Source: Bacteroidetes bacterium GWF2_43_63 (GTDB lineage: Bacteria > Bacteroidota > Bacteroidia > Bacteroidales > DTU049). Taken from it: 64,000 nt of DNA. The DNA is taken from assembly GCA_001769275.1 (NCBI GenBank), contig MEOQ01000029.1, positions 19,219 through 83,218 on the forward strand. Reading direction: 5' to 3'. The number at the start of each line of letters is the position of its first letter. Within the stretch, counting starts at the first letter, position 1. The notes under the pieces were generated by a model. That model did not search any database and was not told the DNA's origin. It saw only the letters and a list, made by a program, of their open reading frames with translations. Both the position numbers and the translations under genes were made by a program. Shown here piece after piece: positions 1 through 8,041 of the stretch.

Positions 1-441
1 TTTATTTTCGAAATCCATTTCAATCATCAGCCGAAGCATGGAATAGGTAGTGGCATGCTGTGCAGTACCAAACGACATTTTCGGTATAATCCGTATCTGA
101 TAAGGAATTTCAGGTCGTTGGGGATGAAACGGAGCCGAAACATATATCTGTCCTTCAATTTCTGTTGAAGGGAAGTTCTTTTCCCATTCTTCATTCCAGT
201 TTTTATTTTCAAGTTCTGACTGAATAATCCGTACAGGACTGTTGGGCAACATTTTTTCAATCAACAATTGTAATGTTTCTGTCTTATAGCTATCAGCTGC
301 TATATAGGCATGCAACAGGGCTCCGTCTTCCCAGAAGCTGTCAAAGCCAATTTCAAGCATTCCCGACATAACCAGCTCGCGGGTGCTATCGTCCTGCGGA
401 AGTCCTGTCAGGGTAATTTGAATAAATTCCGAAGCATTCAT
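1..441 (-). CDS. prmA: ribosomal protein L11 methyltransferase PrmA, N-terminal part (gene runs off left edge)
   Basis: Absent from the ORF track because it is open to the window edge. My translation from ATG 441-439 reads MNASEFIQITLTGLPQDD...IIPKMSFGTAQHATTYSMLRLMIEMDFENK. This fits PrmA: an N-terminal domain, then the P.MSFGT..H.TT motif preceding the SAM fold. The ATG directly abuts the tpiA stop (442-444). Confidence 0.7.
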   Translation of the reverse strand, partial: MNASEFIQITLTGLPQDDSTRELVMSGMLEIGFDSFWEDGALLHAYIAADSYKTETLQLLIEKMLPNSPVRIIQSELENKNWNEEWEKNFPSTEIEGQIYVSAPFHPQRPEIPYQIRIIPKMSFGTAQHATTYSMLRLMIEMDFENK

Positions 442-1206
442 TTATTTGCAGCTGTTGATGAGTTTTGTAACTGATTCGGCTTTGAGCGATGCGCCGCCCA
501 CCAGACCACCGTCGATATCCTGCATGGAAAACAGTTCTTCGGCGTTGTCGGGCGTAACACTGCCGCCGTACAGAATGCGTATATTGTCAGCAATGCCGCT
601 TCCGAAGCGCTTTTCGATAAGCTGTCTGATAAATGCGTGCATTTCCTGCGCCTGCGCCGGTGAAGCTGTAACGCCGGTACCAATGGCCCATACGGGTTCA
701 TAGGCAATGGTAATTGTTTTAATAATTTCATCTGAAAGGTTCCACAGGGCGCCCTCCAGCTGGCTTTGAACGATATTGAAATGATTTGCGGCTTCGCGTT
801 CGGGCAACATTTCACCGCAGCAAAACACAGGTTTGATGCCGTTTGCAAACAACAACTGAATTTTTTTCACCAGCAATTCATCACTTTCGTGATAATACTG
901 GCGGCGCTCGGAATGTCCAATAATGCAGTAAGGCAGTGCCAGATCCTTCAACATAGCTGCAGAAACTTCGCCGGTGAAAGCACCTTTTTCTTCGCTGGCT
1001 ACATTCTGTGCGCCAATGGCTACTGGCGTTCCTGAAAATAATTCCTGCAATAATGGCAAATAAACAAATGGAGGACAAATGAGAATATCAGCCCGGCCAT
1101 CGAAATCAGTCAGATTATTTTTCAGTTCCGAAGCAAAAGATTTAATTCCGGCTGCATCCTGATTCATTTTCCAGTTGCCAGCCACCAGTTTTCTGCGCAT
1201 AACCAT
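442..1206 (-). CDS. tpiA: triosephosphate isomerase
   Basis: 254 aa with TIM hallmarks VAGNWKMN, IIGHSERR, AYEPVWAIGTG and YGGSV. Met-3 (1200) is an alternative start. Confidence 0.97.
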   Translation of the reverse strand: MVMRRKLVAGNWKMNQDAAGIKSFASELKNNLTDFDGRADILICPPFVYLPLLQELFSGTPVAIGAQNVASEEKGAFTGEVSAAMLKDLALPYCIIGHSERRQYYHESDELLVKKIQLLFANGIKPVFCCGEMLPEREAANHFNIVQSQLEGALWNLSDEIIKTITIAYEPVWAIGTGVTASPAQAQEMHAFIRQLIEKRFGSGIADNIRILYGGSVTPDNAEELFSMQDIDGGLVGGASLKAESVTKLINSCK

Positions 1207-1285
1207 TCTTTTTTAGTAAGGTACGAAAATACGAAGAATAGTTGAAACCAATACGTAGAAATTTAATCAGATTGAACCAGATACA

Positions 1286-1695
1286 TCAATTTATGACAAT
1301 CCGGCAATCATTTGAAATCAGATATGAATAACTCAGTTTAATACGGTTTAGCACCAAATGATTTTTACTGATGCTATCCCAGGGAATGGTTTCGACTATA
1401 TTGCTTTCAAACACAAATAAATACATTGTATCTGACGAAACTACCCTTTCCCATTCACTTTCAGTACATAAAGACATATTCGGAATCCTGTTTTCTGCTT
1501 TTGCATCGACAAAAAACTGTTTCTGTTTGCAATAATTACATCCTTTGAAGTAAAATTCAATGTTGTATCGGAAAAATGATAACACGGAACCACATAAATC
1601 GCTTTATCGAGTTTGTTAACAACAGTTATTCTGTTTTCTAAATAACATTTTTTATAGCATTTGTTTGCTGAAAGTCCAAGAGAACAAATGAGCAT
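1286..1695 (-). pseudogene. possible frameshift-disrupted small gene (or non-coding AT-rich spacer)
   Basis: Two overlapping minus-strand ORFs lie in different frames (1441..1695 and 1286..1585). A 47-codon ORF from ATG 1795 lies in a third frame. No recognisable family; AT-rich. Confidence 0.25.
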
Positions 1696-1805
1696 AAAAA
1701 TGAGTCTTGATGTTTTTGTATTGAAAAAGCAACAAGTGTTTAGATACTTTTTTTATAAGCAATGCACTAATACTTCGAAAACGAAAGAGTTTCATTTGAT
1801 TGGTT

Positions 1806-3227
1806 TTAGTTAATAATTACTTTCTTACTTATTTGAGAATCTCCTGAAAAAAGGCTCAGATAGTATATACCTGAAGGCAAAGCTGACACATTTAAAGAAA
1901 CCAGATTATTGCTTGTTTGAACAATCCTTTCAGTCAATAATTTTTGACCTTGAAAGTTTACTAACTCAACAATGACATCTCCTTTGAAAAGAAATTGAGA
2001 GCTAATAGTTAAAATTTCGGTGCAGGGATTCGGATACACGTTAATTACGATTCCCGGCACCTCATTGTTTTCTATTCCTGCAAAACCATCTGCCCGGGTC
2101 TTAATCAAATATACATCGCTGGAGATGTTGAAATTATAATAGCCTGACATAATAAACCCTCCGTCAGTTGTTTTTTGTATACAATTCACCCAGTCGTCAT
2201 CTGCCCCCCCGTAAACATGTGTCCATAAGGTATCGCCGTTCTGGTCAACAGCAACCATATACACATCCGAGCCTCCGAGCCCGAAACTAGATGTTCCACC
2301 AACAATGACAGCGCCGAATGAAGAAGCAGTACAATAATACCCGTAATCATTTGCAGTGCCTCCGTACGTTTTTTCCCAAATTTCACCACCGTTTGTATCA
2401 ATTTTGATCAGATATATATCGTAACCACCCGCTCCAAAACTTGCGGTGGTCCCGGACAAAAAATAATTTCCATCTGTTGATTTACAGATACAGGCCAGAT
2501 CATCGCGCGATATTCCTCCATAAGTTTTGGTCCAGAGTGTATCGCCTGTTGAATTGGTTCTAACAACATAGCAATCAAAGGTGCTTGATCCACCAGTTGA
2601 AGTATAGCCTGCAAATAAAAACCCATTATCAGGTGTTTGAATAACAGAATAAGCATCGTTAAAATATTCTTTTTCATATGTTTTAGTCCACAAAGTGTCT
2701 CCATTTTCATTTGTGCGTATTGCATACATTGAATTGAACCCAATGGCAAAAGAACAAGATGCGCCGGCAATTATAAATCCTCCATCATTACATTTAATCA
2801 AATCATATCCACTATCATCTTCTGTTCCCCCATATGTTTTAAGCCAAACAGAGTCGCCGTTTAAACTAACTTTCATTAGAAACACATCGGAAGCACCACT
2901 GCCTTGGCTGGATGTGTTACCTGACAGATAGTAAAAGTTGTCTGTTCCCTCCAGCACCGCTACCGGTGAATCCCAGTTATATCCACCGTAATGCTTTGTC
3001 CAGGTAGTATCACCGTACTCATTGGTTTTTATCAGGTAAATATCCTTGCTGCCTGCACCCCAGCTATCGGTAAGTCCGGCCACAAGATATCCGCCATCAG
3101 AGGTTTGAATCACAGCATTTCCACCATCATCACCTGCTCCTCCGTAATGTCGTTGGAACATGATTTGGGCTGGGCTTGTATAAAGAATTGCCATGAATAG
3201 CAGTAGAAATACACCTTTTTGTTTCAT
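1806..3227 (-). CDS. T9SS-secreted repeat protein (seven ~52-aa repeats, probable beta-propeller)
   Basis: 473 aa with signal peptide MKQKGVFLLLFMAILYTSPAQ. Seven tandem repeats fit the consensus G..DD.G..v.qT.DGGy...G.T.S.G.G..D.YLIKT...GDTLWTKTYGG. The C-terminus (VYPNP...GIYYLSLFSG...KKVIIN) looks like a T9SS sorting domain. Confidence 0.8.
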   Translation of the reverse strand: MKQKGVFLLLFMAILYTSPAQIMFQRHYGGAGDDGGNAVIQTSDGGYLVAGLTDSWGAGSKDIYLIKTNEYGDTTWTKHYGGYNWDSPVAVLEGTDNFYYLSGNTSSQGSGASDVFLMKVSLNGDSVWLKTYGGTEDDSGYDLIKCNDGGFIIAGASCSFAIGFNSMYAIRTNENGDTLWTKTYEKEYFNDAYSVIQTPDNGFLFAGYTSTGGSSTFDCYVVRTNSTGDTLWTKTYGGISRDDLACICKSTDGNYFLSGTTASFGAGGYDIYLIKIDTNGGEIWEKTYGGTANDYGYYCTASSFGAVIVGGTSSFGLGGSDVYMVAVDQNGDTLWTHVYGGADDDWVNCIQKTTDGGFIMSGYYNFNISSDVYLIKTRADGFAGIENNEVPGIVINVYPNPCTEILTISSQFLFKGDVIVELVNFQGQKLLTERIVQTSNNLVSLNVSALPSGIYYLSLFSGDSQISKKVIIN

Positions 3228-3245
3228 ATTTCAAATTATTGTGGC

Positions 3246-3253
3246 CAAAGATA
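3246..3253 (-). promoter_or_regulatory. Bacteroidetes -7 box TATCTTTG (consensus TAnnTTTG)
   Basis: CAAAGATA on the plus strand, 19 nt upstream of ATG 3227. Confidence 0.5.
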
Positions 3254-3611
3254 TTAAAATTTATTACAAAATAACATAGCTTACATGCCTTATTCTGTTG
3301 ATAATACCGTGTTGATTTATATATTAGGCCAACCCTGAACTTAGCTTCTACAAATCATTGCATGTGTTAACGGCATTATTGCCGTGTTGAAAATCAAGTT
3401 ATTCATTTTTTTTCAACGGCATAAATCAAATTTGAAATTCTAGTGCGTCTTTGGACTAACTATAATTTCAATTTGGTATAACACTACGTTTAATGAGCAC
3501 ACGACTTTTCAACATTCATTAAAAGGCAATTCTAAAAACCTCGTTTTGTATGCAATCAACAAGTCTTTCAATGTCTTTACGAAGCTGATAATTAGTTGAT
3601 TGCATCGATAT

Positions 3612-3633
3612 TTCGACTCCGCTCAATATGACA
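3612..3633. repeat. REP-like family A copy (ttcgactccgctcaNNatgaca)
   Basis: ttcgactccgctcaatatgaca versus ttcgactccgctcagcatgaca at 21419-21440 (20 of 22 identical). Confidence 0.8.
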
Positions 3634-3698
3634 AAAACGGGTTTTTAGAGATGCCCTCAAGGCGATACAGGAGCAATAAATGTTACAATAACAAGATA

Positions 3699-4547
3699 TT
3701 AATCCTTCTTTTTCAACTCATCACAATCCTTGAAACTTTTATCATACTGATTCATGGCGCTTTCGCTCATTCCCATACTGCTGAATCCACCGTCGTGAAA
3801 GAGGTTTTGCATGGTGACTTTTTTGGTCAGATCTGAAAACAGCGTGATGCAGAAATCGGCGCAGTCGTCGGCCGAAGCATTGCCAAGGGGCGACATGCGT
3901 TCGGTGAAATCGAGCAGCGACTGAAAGCCGAAAACGCCGCTACCGGCCGTGGTTGGCGTTGGTGATTGCGAAACGGTATTGATGCGGATTTTTTTCTCGC
4001 GGCCGTAAATATATCCGAAGCTGCGCGCAATGGACTCCAGCAGCGCTTTGGCGTCGGCCATATCGTTGTAGCCGAAAAGCGTTCGTTGCGCAGCCACATA
4101 CGACAGCGCTACAATTGAGCCCCAGTCGTTGATGGCATCCATTTTTCGGCACATCTGAATCACTTTGTGAAACGATAACGCCGAAATATCAATGGTTTTC
4201 AGATAGTTTTCGTAGTTGATATTATCGTATGGAATTCCTTTGCGCACATTGGGCGACATGCCGATTGAATGCAGTATAAAATCGAATTTTCCGTCGAAAA
4301 AATCCATGGATTTTGCAATCAGATTTTCGAGATCGTCTGTGTTGGTGGCATCGGCCGGAATCACAATGCTGTCGCATTTTGCAGCCAGTGTTTCCACATC
4401 GCCCAGGCGCATGGCAACCGCGGTATTTGAGAGTACAATTTGTGCGCCTTCGGCATGTGCTTTTTCAGCCACTTTCCAGGCAATGGACTGATCGTTCAGT
4501 GCTCCGAAAATAATTCCTTTTTTCCCTTTCAAAAGATTGTAGGCCAT
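3699..4547 (-). CDS. fabI: enoyl-ACP reductase (NADH), FabI type
   Basis: 282 aa. N-terminal GIIFGALNDQSIAW dinucleotide-binding start, an SDR-type Tyr/Lys region (LSYVAAQR...MADAKALLES) and an overall FabI layout. Confidence 0.93.
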   Translation of the reverse strand: MAYNLLKGKKGIIFGALNDQSIAWKVAEKAHAEGAQIVLSNTAVAMRLGDVETLAAKCDSIVIPADATNTDDLENLIAKSMDFFDGKFDFILHSIGMSPNVRKGIPYDNINYENYLKTIDISALSFHKVIQMCRKMDAINDWGSIVALSYVAAQRTLFGYNDMADAKALLESIARSFGYIYGREKKIRINTVSQSPTPTTAGSGVFGFQSLLDFTERMSPLGNASADDCADFCITLFSDLTKKVTMQNLFHDGGFSSMGMSESAMNQYDKSFKDCDELKKKD

Positions 4548-4570
4548 ATCAGAAGTATTTAATCAGACTG

Positions 4571-4578
4571 CAAAGATA
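4571..4578 (-). promoter_or_regulatory. -7 box TATCTTTG upstream of fabI
   Basis: CAAAGATA on the plus strand, 24 nt upstream of ATG 4547. Confidence 0.5.
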
Positions 4579-4669
4579 CGACATTGGGCAGGGTGGACCA
4601 ACAATGGCGAAAAGCCTGACTCATGCAATATATCACTTGCTTAGGTTTTGCATTTCAGGATATCTGCAC

Positions 4670-4708
4670 CAACGCACTCAGGTCGCCTTCTGCGACGCAG
4701 AGAGGTTG
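4670..4708 (-). repeat. REP-like family D copy, overlapping the 3' end of the GT2 CDS
   Basis: Its reverse complement caacctctctgcgtcgcagaaggcgacctgagtgcgttg matches 48165-48201 apart from a 2-nt indel. Confidence 0.85.
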
Positions 4709-5454
4709 GCTGGAGTTTTAAACAGCCGGCTTTTGCACAGGCCCCATTTGTGAAAGCGGTATTTGAATGCCGTTCCGAGCACGCCAAATCCATATTTCAT
4801 CGAGCGACGGAAGTTGATTGATGAAGCATCGTCGAAATATTTTGTAGGGCAGGTGACTTCGGCAATTTCGAAACCAGCCATAAATATTTGAGCAATCATT
4901 TGATTGTCGAATACAAAATCATCGGAATTGGCGTGGTAATTAATTTTCCGGAGTACGTCGGCCGAAAAAGAGCGATAGCCTGTATGATATTCCGATAATT
5001 TCTGACCAATGATGATGTTTTCGGCCAACGTTAGAAAACGATTGAAAAGATATTTGTACAATGGCATTCCGCCTTTCCGGGCACCACGACCCAGGATGCG
5101 CGAACCGAATACAACAGGATACAGACCGCCGGCAATAATATGAGCCATCGGCGCAGCCAGTCGCGGCGTGTATTGATAATCAGGGTGCAACATGATGACA
5201 ATATCGGCACCCAACTCCAAGGCTTTGTCGTAGCATGTTTTCTGGTTCCCGCCATATCCTTTGTTTACCTCATGGCGGATAATATGTTTAATTCCAAGTC
5301 TGGCAGCTACTTCCGCGGTGCGGTCATGACTGCAGTCATCCACAAGGATTACGTCATCCACAATGTCGAAAGGGATCTCCGAATAGGTGAGTTCTATTGT
5401 TTTTTCGGCATTGTAAGCCGGAAAGACTACAATTATTTTTTTTCCTGATATCAT
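4678..5454 (-). CDS. family 2 glycosyltransferase (polyprenol-phosphate sugar synthase-like)
   Basis: 258 aa. KIIVVFPAYNAEKTI...VILVDDCSHDRT is a GT-A signature, as in DPM1/ArnC/GtrB-like enzymes. The last ~10 codons lie inside dispersed repeat family D. Confidence 0.9.
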   Translation of the reverse strand: MISGKKIIVVFPAYNAEKTIELTYSEIPFDIVDDVILVDDCSHDRTAEVAARLGIKHIIRHEVNKGYGGNQKTCYDKALELGADIVIMLHPDYQYTPRLAAPMAHIIAGGLYPVVFGSRILGRGARKGGMPLYKYLFNRFLTLAENIIIGQKLSEYHTGYRSFSADVLRKINYHANSDDFVFDNQMIAQIFMAGFEIAEVTCPTKYFDDASSINFRRSMKYGFGVLGTAFKYRFHKWGLCKSRLFKTPANLSASQKAT

Positions 5455-5481
5455 GAATCAGAGATTAGGCTGTGAATCAGG

Positions 5482-5489
5482 ACAAAAAT
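5482..5489 (-). promoter_or_regulatory. -7 box TATTTTTG upstream of the GT2 gene
   Basis: CAAAAATA on the plus strand, 27 nt upstream of ATG 5454. Confidence 0.45.
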
Positions 5490-5681
5490 ATAAAATTTTC
5501 CGAACAGTCAAAAATGGCACAAAAAATGCAGGTCGCCTTTCAAATCTTTCAGCCATGAATGCAATAAAAGAAAAAATGATCTGGGTCTTGTATTTCTGCC
5601 TCATCGCCAGTTTAATTCTCGCAGCAACGGTAACATTATAATATCCCATAGCCCGATAGGGCACCATTCATGACTCAGTGT

Positions 5682-5709
5682 AAAAGCTTCCGGAAACGGG
5701 AGCTTTTTT
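5682..5709. terminator. strong hairpin with GAAA loop flanked by an A-run and a T-run (potentially bidirectional intrinsic terminator)
   Basis: AAAAGCTTCCG-GAAA-CGGGAGCTTTTTT forms an 11-bp stem with one G-U pair. It lies between the convergent micro-ORF (plus strand) and the 5883..7322 gene (minus strand). Confidence 0.7.
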
Positions 5710-5760
5710 GATTTAAGATATACGAGTTCAGATATTTGATTTTTGAGGAGAGATGATCAG

Positions 5761-5802
5761 AGGTCGAGGATAAGGTCAAGGATGAGGTTAAGGTCGAGGA
5801 TA
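5761..5802. repeat. tandem hexamer array AGGNNN x7
   Basis: aggtcg aggata aggtca aggatg aggtta aggtcg aggata. Confidence 0.8.
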
Positions 5803-5882
5803 AGCAGCTTTCAGATGTCAGCAATTAGCTCTGAGACGGGGCTGTATTGTTGCACCTCTATGCCGCAGCCGCAAGCCGCATG

Positions 5883-7322
5883 CTATTTTATCCACACCAG
5901 ATTGCGCTCTGATTTATAACTCAGGTAAATTATATCGCTCTCAACAAAATCGTTGGTTAACGGAATTGCGTCAATCTTGTTTTCCTTAATGAATAATGCA
6001 GTTGCATTGAGTTGCGCTTGTTTTATAGCTGGCTCAGGGATAGATTTGTGATAAATTCCGGTTGACCAGAAAGCAGCCAGATGCATCAGAAAAATAAATA
6101 CACCGATAACAATTCCAGGTTTTTTGAAAACCTCAATTGATTTGGCAAACAATGCAGCGCCTGCCAGTGCAATGAAAGGCGTGAAGCGGGCTGTGTAAAT
6201 GTAATGAATGGAACTGGCACTCAGCACTGCCACGAAAAACAGCAATGCGGTCCATAACGCGATTTTTTGAACAGATAAATCAATCGGGCCACATTTTTTT
6301 CTTGCGAAAACGAAGCACATTACAGCCAGAGCAACAACAATATACCCAGGACCTGAAAGAATATTGTGAATCTGCTTGAGCACCAGTAGCCAAGTTTCAG
6401 GATTCAGTACATCGTAACCCATGTCGGTATAATGGCTTCCGAAGAAACCACTTCGTTCGAGATAGCGAATTCCAAGGGCTCTGTATAATGCATCAAATCC
6501 TCCAATAGATAGATATTGAAAGGCAACGGCTCCATATGTAACAAGCGCTGATGCAGCCACTAAAATTACCCCGTAGCGAATATGCGCCTTTTTGAACTGG
6601 CGGAAATATATAATGAACAATGCCGCTACGAAAGTGAGTCCCATCCAGTCGGTTGCAGCCAGCAAAGCAACAGATAGAAATAGCAGCAGCCGAACAATAA
6701 ACACCCTGTCTGATTGCAAATACAGAGTCCAGGCAGCGAGCGTGGTGATTAGAAAAAACTGTCCCCAGATTTCACTGAAATTATGCTGGCTGTGAGCAAA
6801 AAGATTTACCGGATTCAGCAGATAAAACACCATGGCCGCCAGCATTGACAGTTGAACATATCTCTGCTCTGTCTGCTGCGATGATTGTTTGATGATCCAG
6901 GCGAGAAGGAGGGCTCCAGCCAGAAAAATAAATATCAGAAACCATTGTAAAGTTGCCTGATTTACAGATAAACCGAAAAGTTGTATGAGGCCATAATTGG
7001 CAATGAATGCGAAGGGTGGGTGCGAAACATAATAGTTGTTGCCTTCTTTATCTTCGAGTCGTTGGTAATAGTGATTGAATTTTTTTGCCTCCGGCCAGGT
7101 TTGAACGGGTGCCGCATGATATTCACTTAAGCCTTTACTGTCCCATGCTTTAAGCGTCGTCAGCATAAAAACGTGAGCAGTGTTGGAATGAACAGGTTGA
7201 GTACTTATTTTCTGGAAGAGAAGCCAGAAAGCAAGTATAAGGAGGCCCAGGGCCGGTATTATAAGTCTTAGTCGGGACAATAGTGTTGAATTACAATAAG
7301 CCCAATTCCAGCTTGGCTTCAT
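5883..7322 (-). CDS. polytopic membrane protein, tentatively GT-C (PMT/ArnT-like) glycosyltransferase
   Basis: 479 aa with about 11 hydrophobic segments. The loop motif YVSHPPFAF resembles the hPPL motif of GT39/GT83 enzymes, and the gene neighbours a GT2 gene. ATG 7322 overlaps the sufT 3' end by 32 nt. Confidence 0.6.
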   Translation of the reverse strand: MKPSWNWAYCNSTLLSRLRLIIPALGLLILAFWLLFQKISTQPVHSNTAHVFMLTTLKAWDSKGLSEYHAAPVQTWPEAKKFNHYYQRLEDKEGNNYYVSHPPFAFIANYGLIQLFGLSVNQATLQWFLIFIFLAGALLLAWIIKQSSQQTEQRYVQLSMLAAMVFYLLNPVNLFAHSQHNFSEIWGQFFLITTLAAWTLYLQSDRVFIVRLLLFLSVALLAATDWMGLTFVAALFIIYFRQFKKAHIRYGVILVAASALVTYGAVAFQYLSIGGFDALYRALGIRYLERSGFFGSHYTDMGYDVLNPETWLLVLKQIHNILSGPGYIVVALAVMCFVFARKKCGPIDLSVQKIALWTALLFFVAVLSASSIHYIYTARFTPFIALAGAALFAKSIEVFKKPGIVIGVFIFLMHLAAFWSTGIYHKSIPEPAIKQAQLNATALFIKENKIDAIPLTNDFVESDIIYLSYKSERNLVWIK

Positions 7323-7605
7323 CGCTCAGCCTATCGGGATCCCAAGGTGGATCGAAAGTGAGTTCAACCCAAACGCTTTTAAGTTGCGACATGTATTCCA
7401 CTGCTGTTTTCACCTCAATGGGCAACGTATCAGCTACAGGGCAATTGGGTGCCGTGACTGTCATCAGGATTTTTGCGTTCATTTCAGCGTCGACCGTGAT
7501 GTCATAAATCATCCCCATATCCCAGATATTCACTGGTATTTCCGGGTCAAAAACCGTTTTGATCCGCGAAATTATTTCCTGCACCATTGGGCTAGTTGTA
7601 TCCAT
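7291..7605 (-). CDS. sufT: SUF Fe-S assembly protein, DUF59/SufT family
   Basis: 104 aa. VFDPEIPVNIWDMGMIYDI...TAPNCPVADTLP is the DUF59 signature. Directly follows sufE. Confidence 0.85.
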   Translation of the reverse strand: MDTTSPMVQEIISRIKTVFDPEIPVNIWDMGMIYDITVDAEMNAKILMTVTAPNCPVADTLPIEVKTAVEYMSQLKSVWVELTFDPPWDPDRLSDEAKLELGLL

Positions 7606-7606
7606 G

Positions 7607-8041
7607 TTATGCTTGTTTTTCGTATTTGGTTTTAAATGCCAGCGCGTAAAGTTTCATTTGTTTGATCATCCCGTTGAGTCCATTGGCGCGGGTTGGTGAC
7701 AGATGTTCGCGCAATCCGATTTCGTCAATAAAATGCATGTCACATTTAATAATGTCATCGGGAGTTGAGTTTGACAAAACGCTGATGAGGATAGCTGCAA
7801 TGCCTTTTGTAATAAGCGCGTCGCTGTCACCTTCAAAAAAAACAGCGCCATCTTTGTACGATGCCGTGATCCACACCTGCGACTGACAGCCGGAAATCAG
7901 GTTGGATGGATTCTTTTTTGTTTCGTCGAGCGCGGGCAACGATTTTCCGATATCAATGATATAATTGTACTTATCGAGCCAGTCTTCAAAATTCGAAAAG
8001 CTGCCGGATAATTCGGCCGCTTTTTCAGCAATGGTCTTCAT
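7607..8041 (-). CDS. sufE: cysteine desulfuration protein SufE
   Basis: 144 aa. SufE motif ISGCQSQVWI. The ATG overlaps the sufS stop (ATGA). Confidence 0.9.
   Translation of the reverse strand: MKTIAEKAAELSGSFSNFEDWLDKYNYIIDIGKSLPALDETKKNPSNLISGCQSQVWITASYKDGAVFFEGDSDALITKGIAAILISVLSNSTPDDIIKCDMHFIDEIGLREHLSPTRANGLNGMIKQMKLYALAFKTKYEKQA

Noticed and set aside
3600-3836. 78-aa plus-strand ORF (MHRYFDSAQYDK...)
   Set aside because: It starts in a family A repeat and runs antisense into the fabI 3' end.
5555-5641. 28-codon TM micro-ORF as a confident gene
   Set aside because: It is too short to judge from sequence alone and has no clear -7 box upstream. It is mentioned only within a finding.
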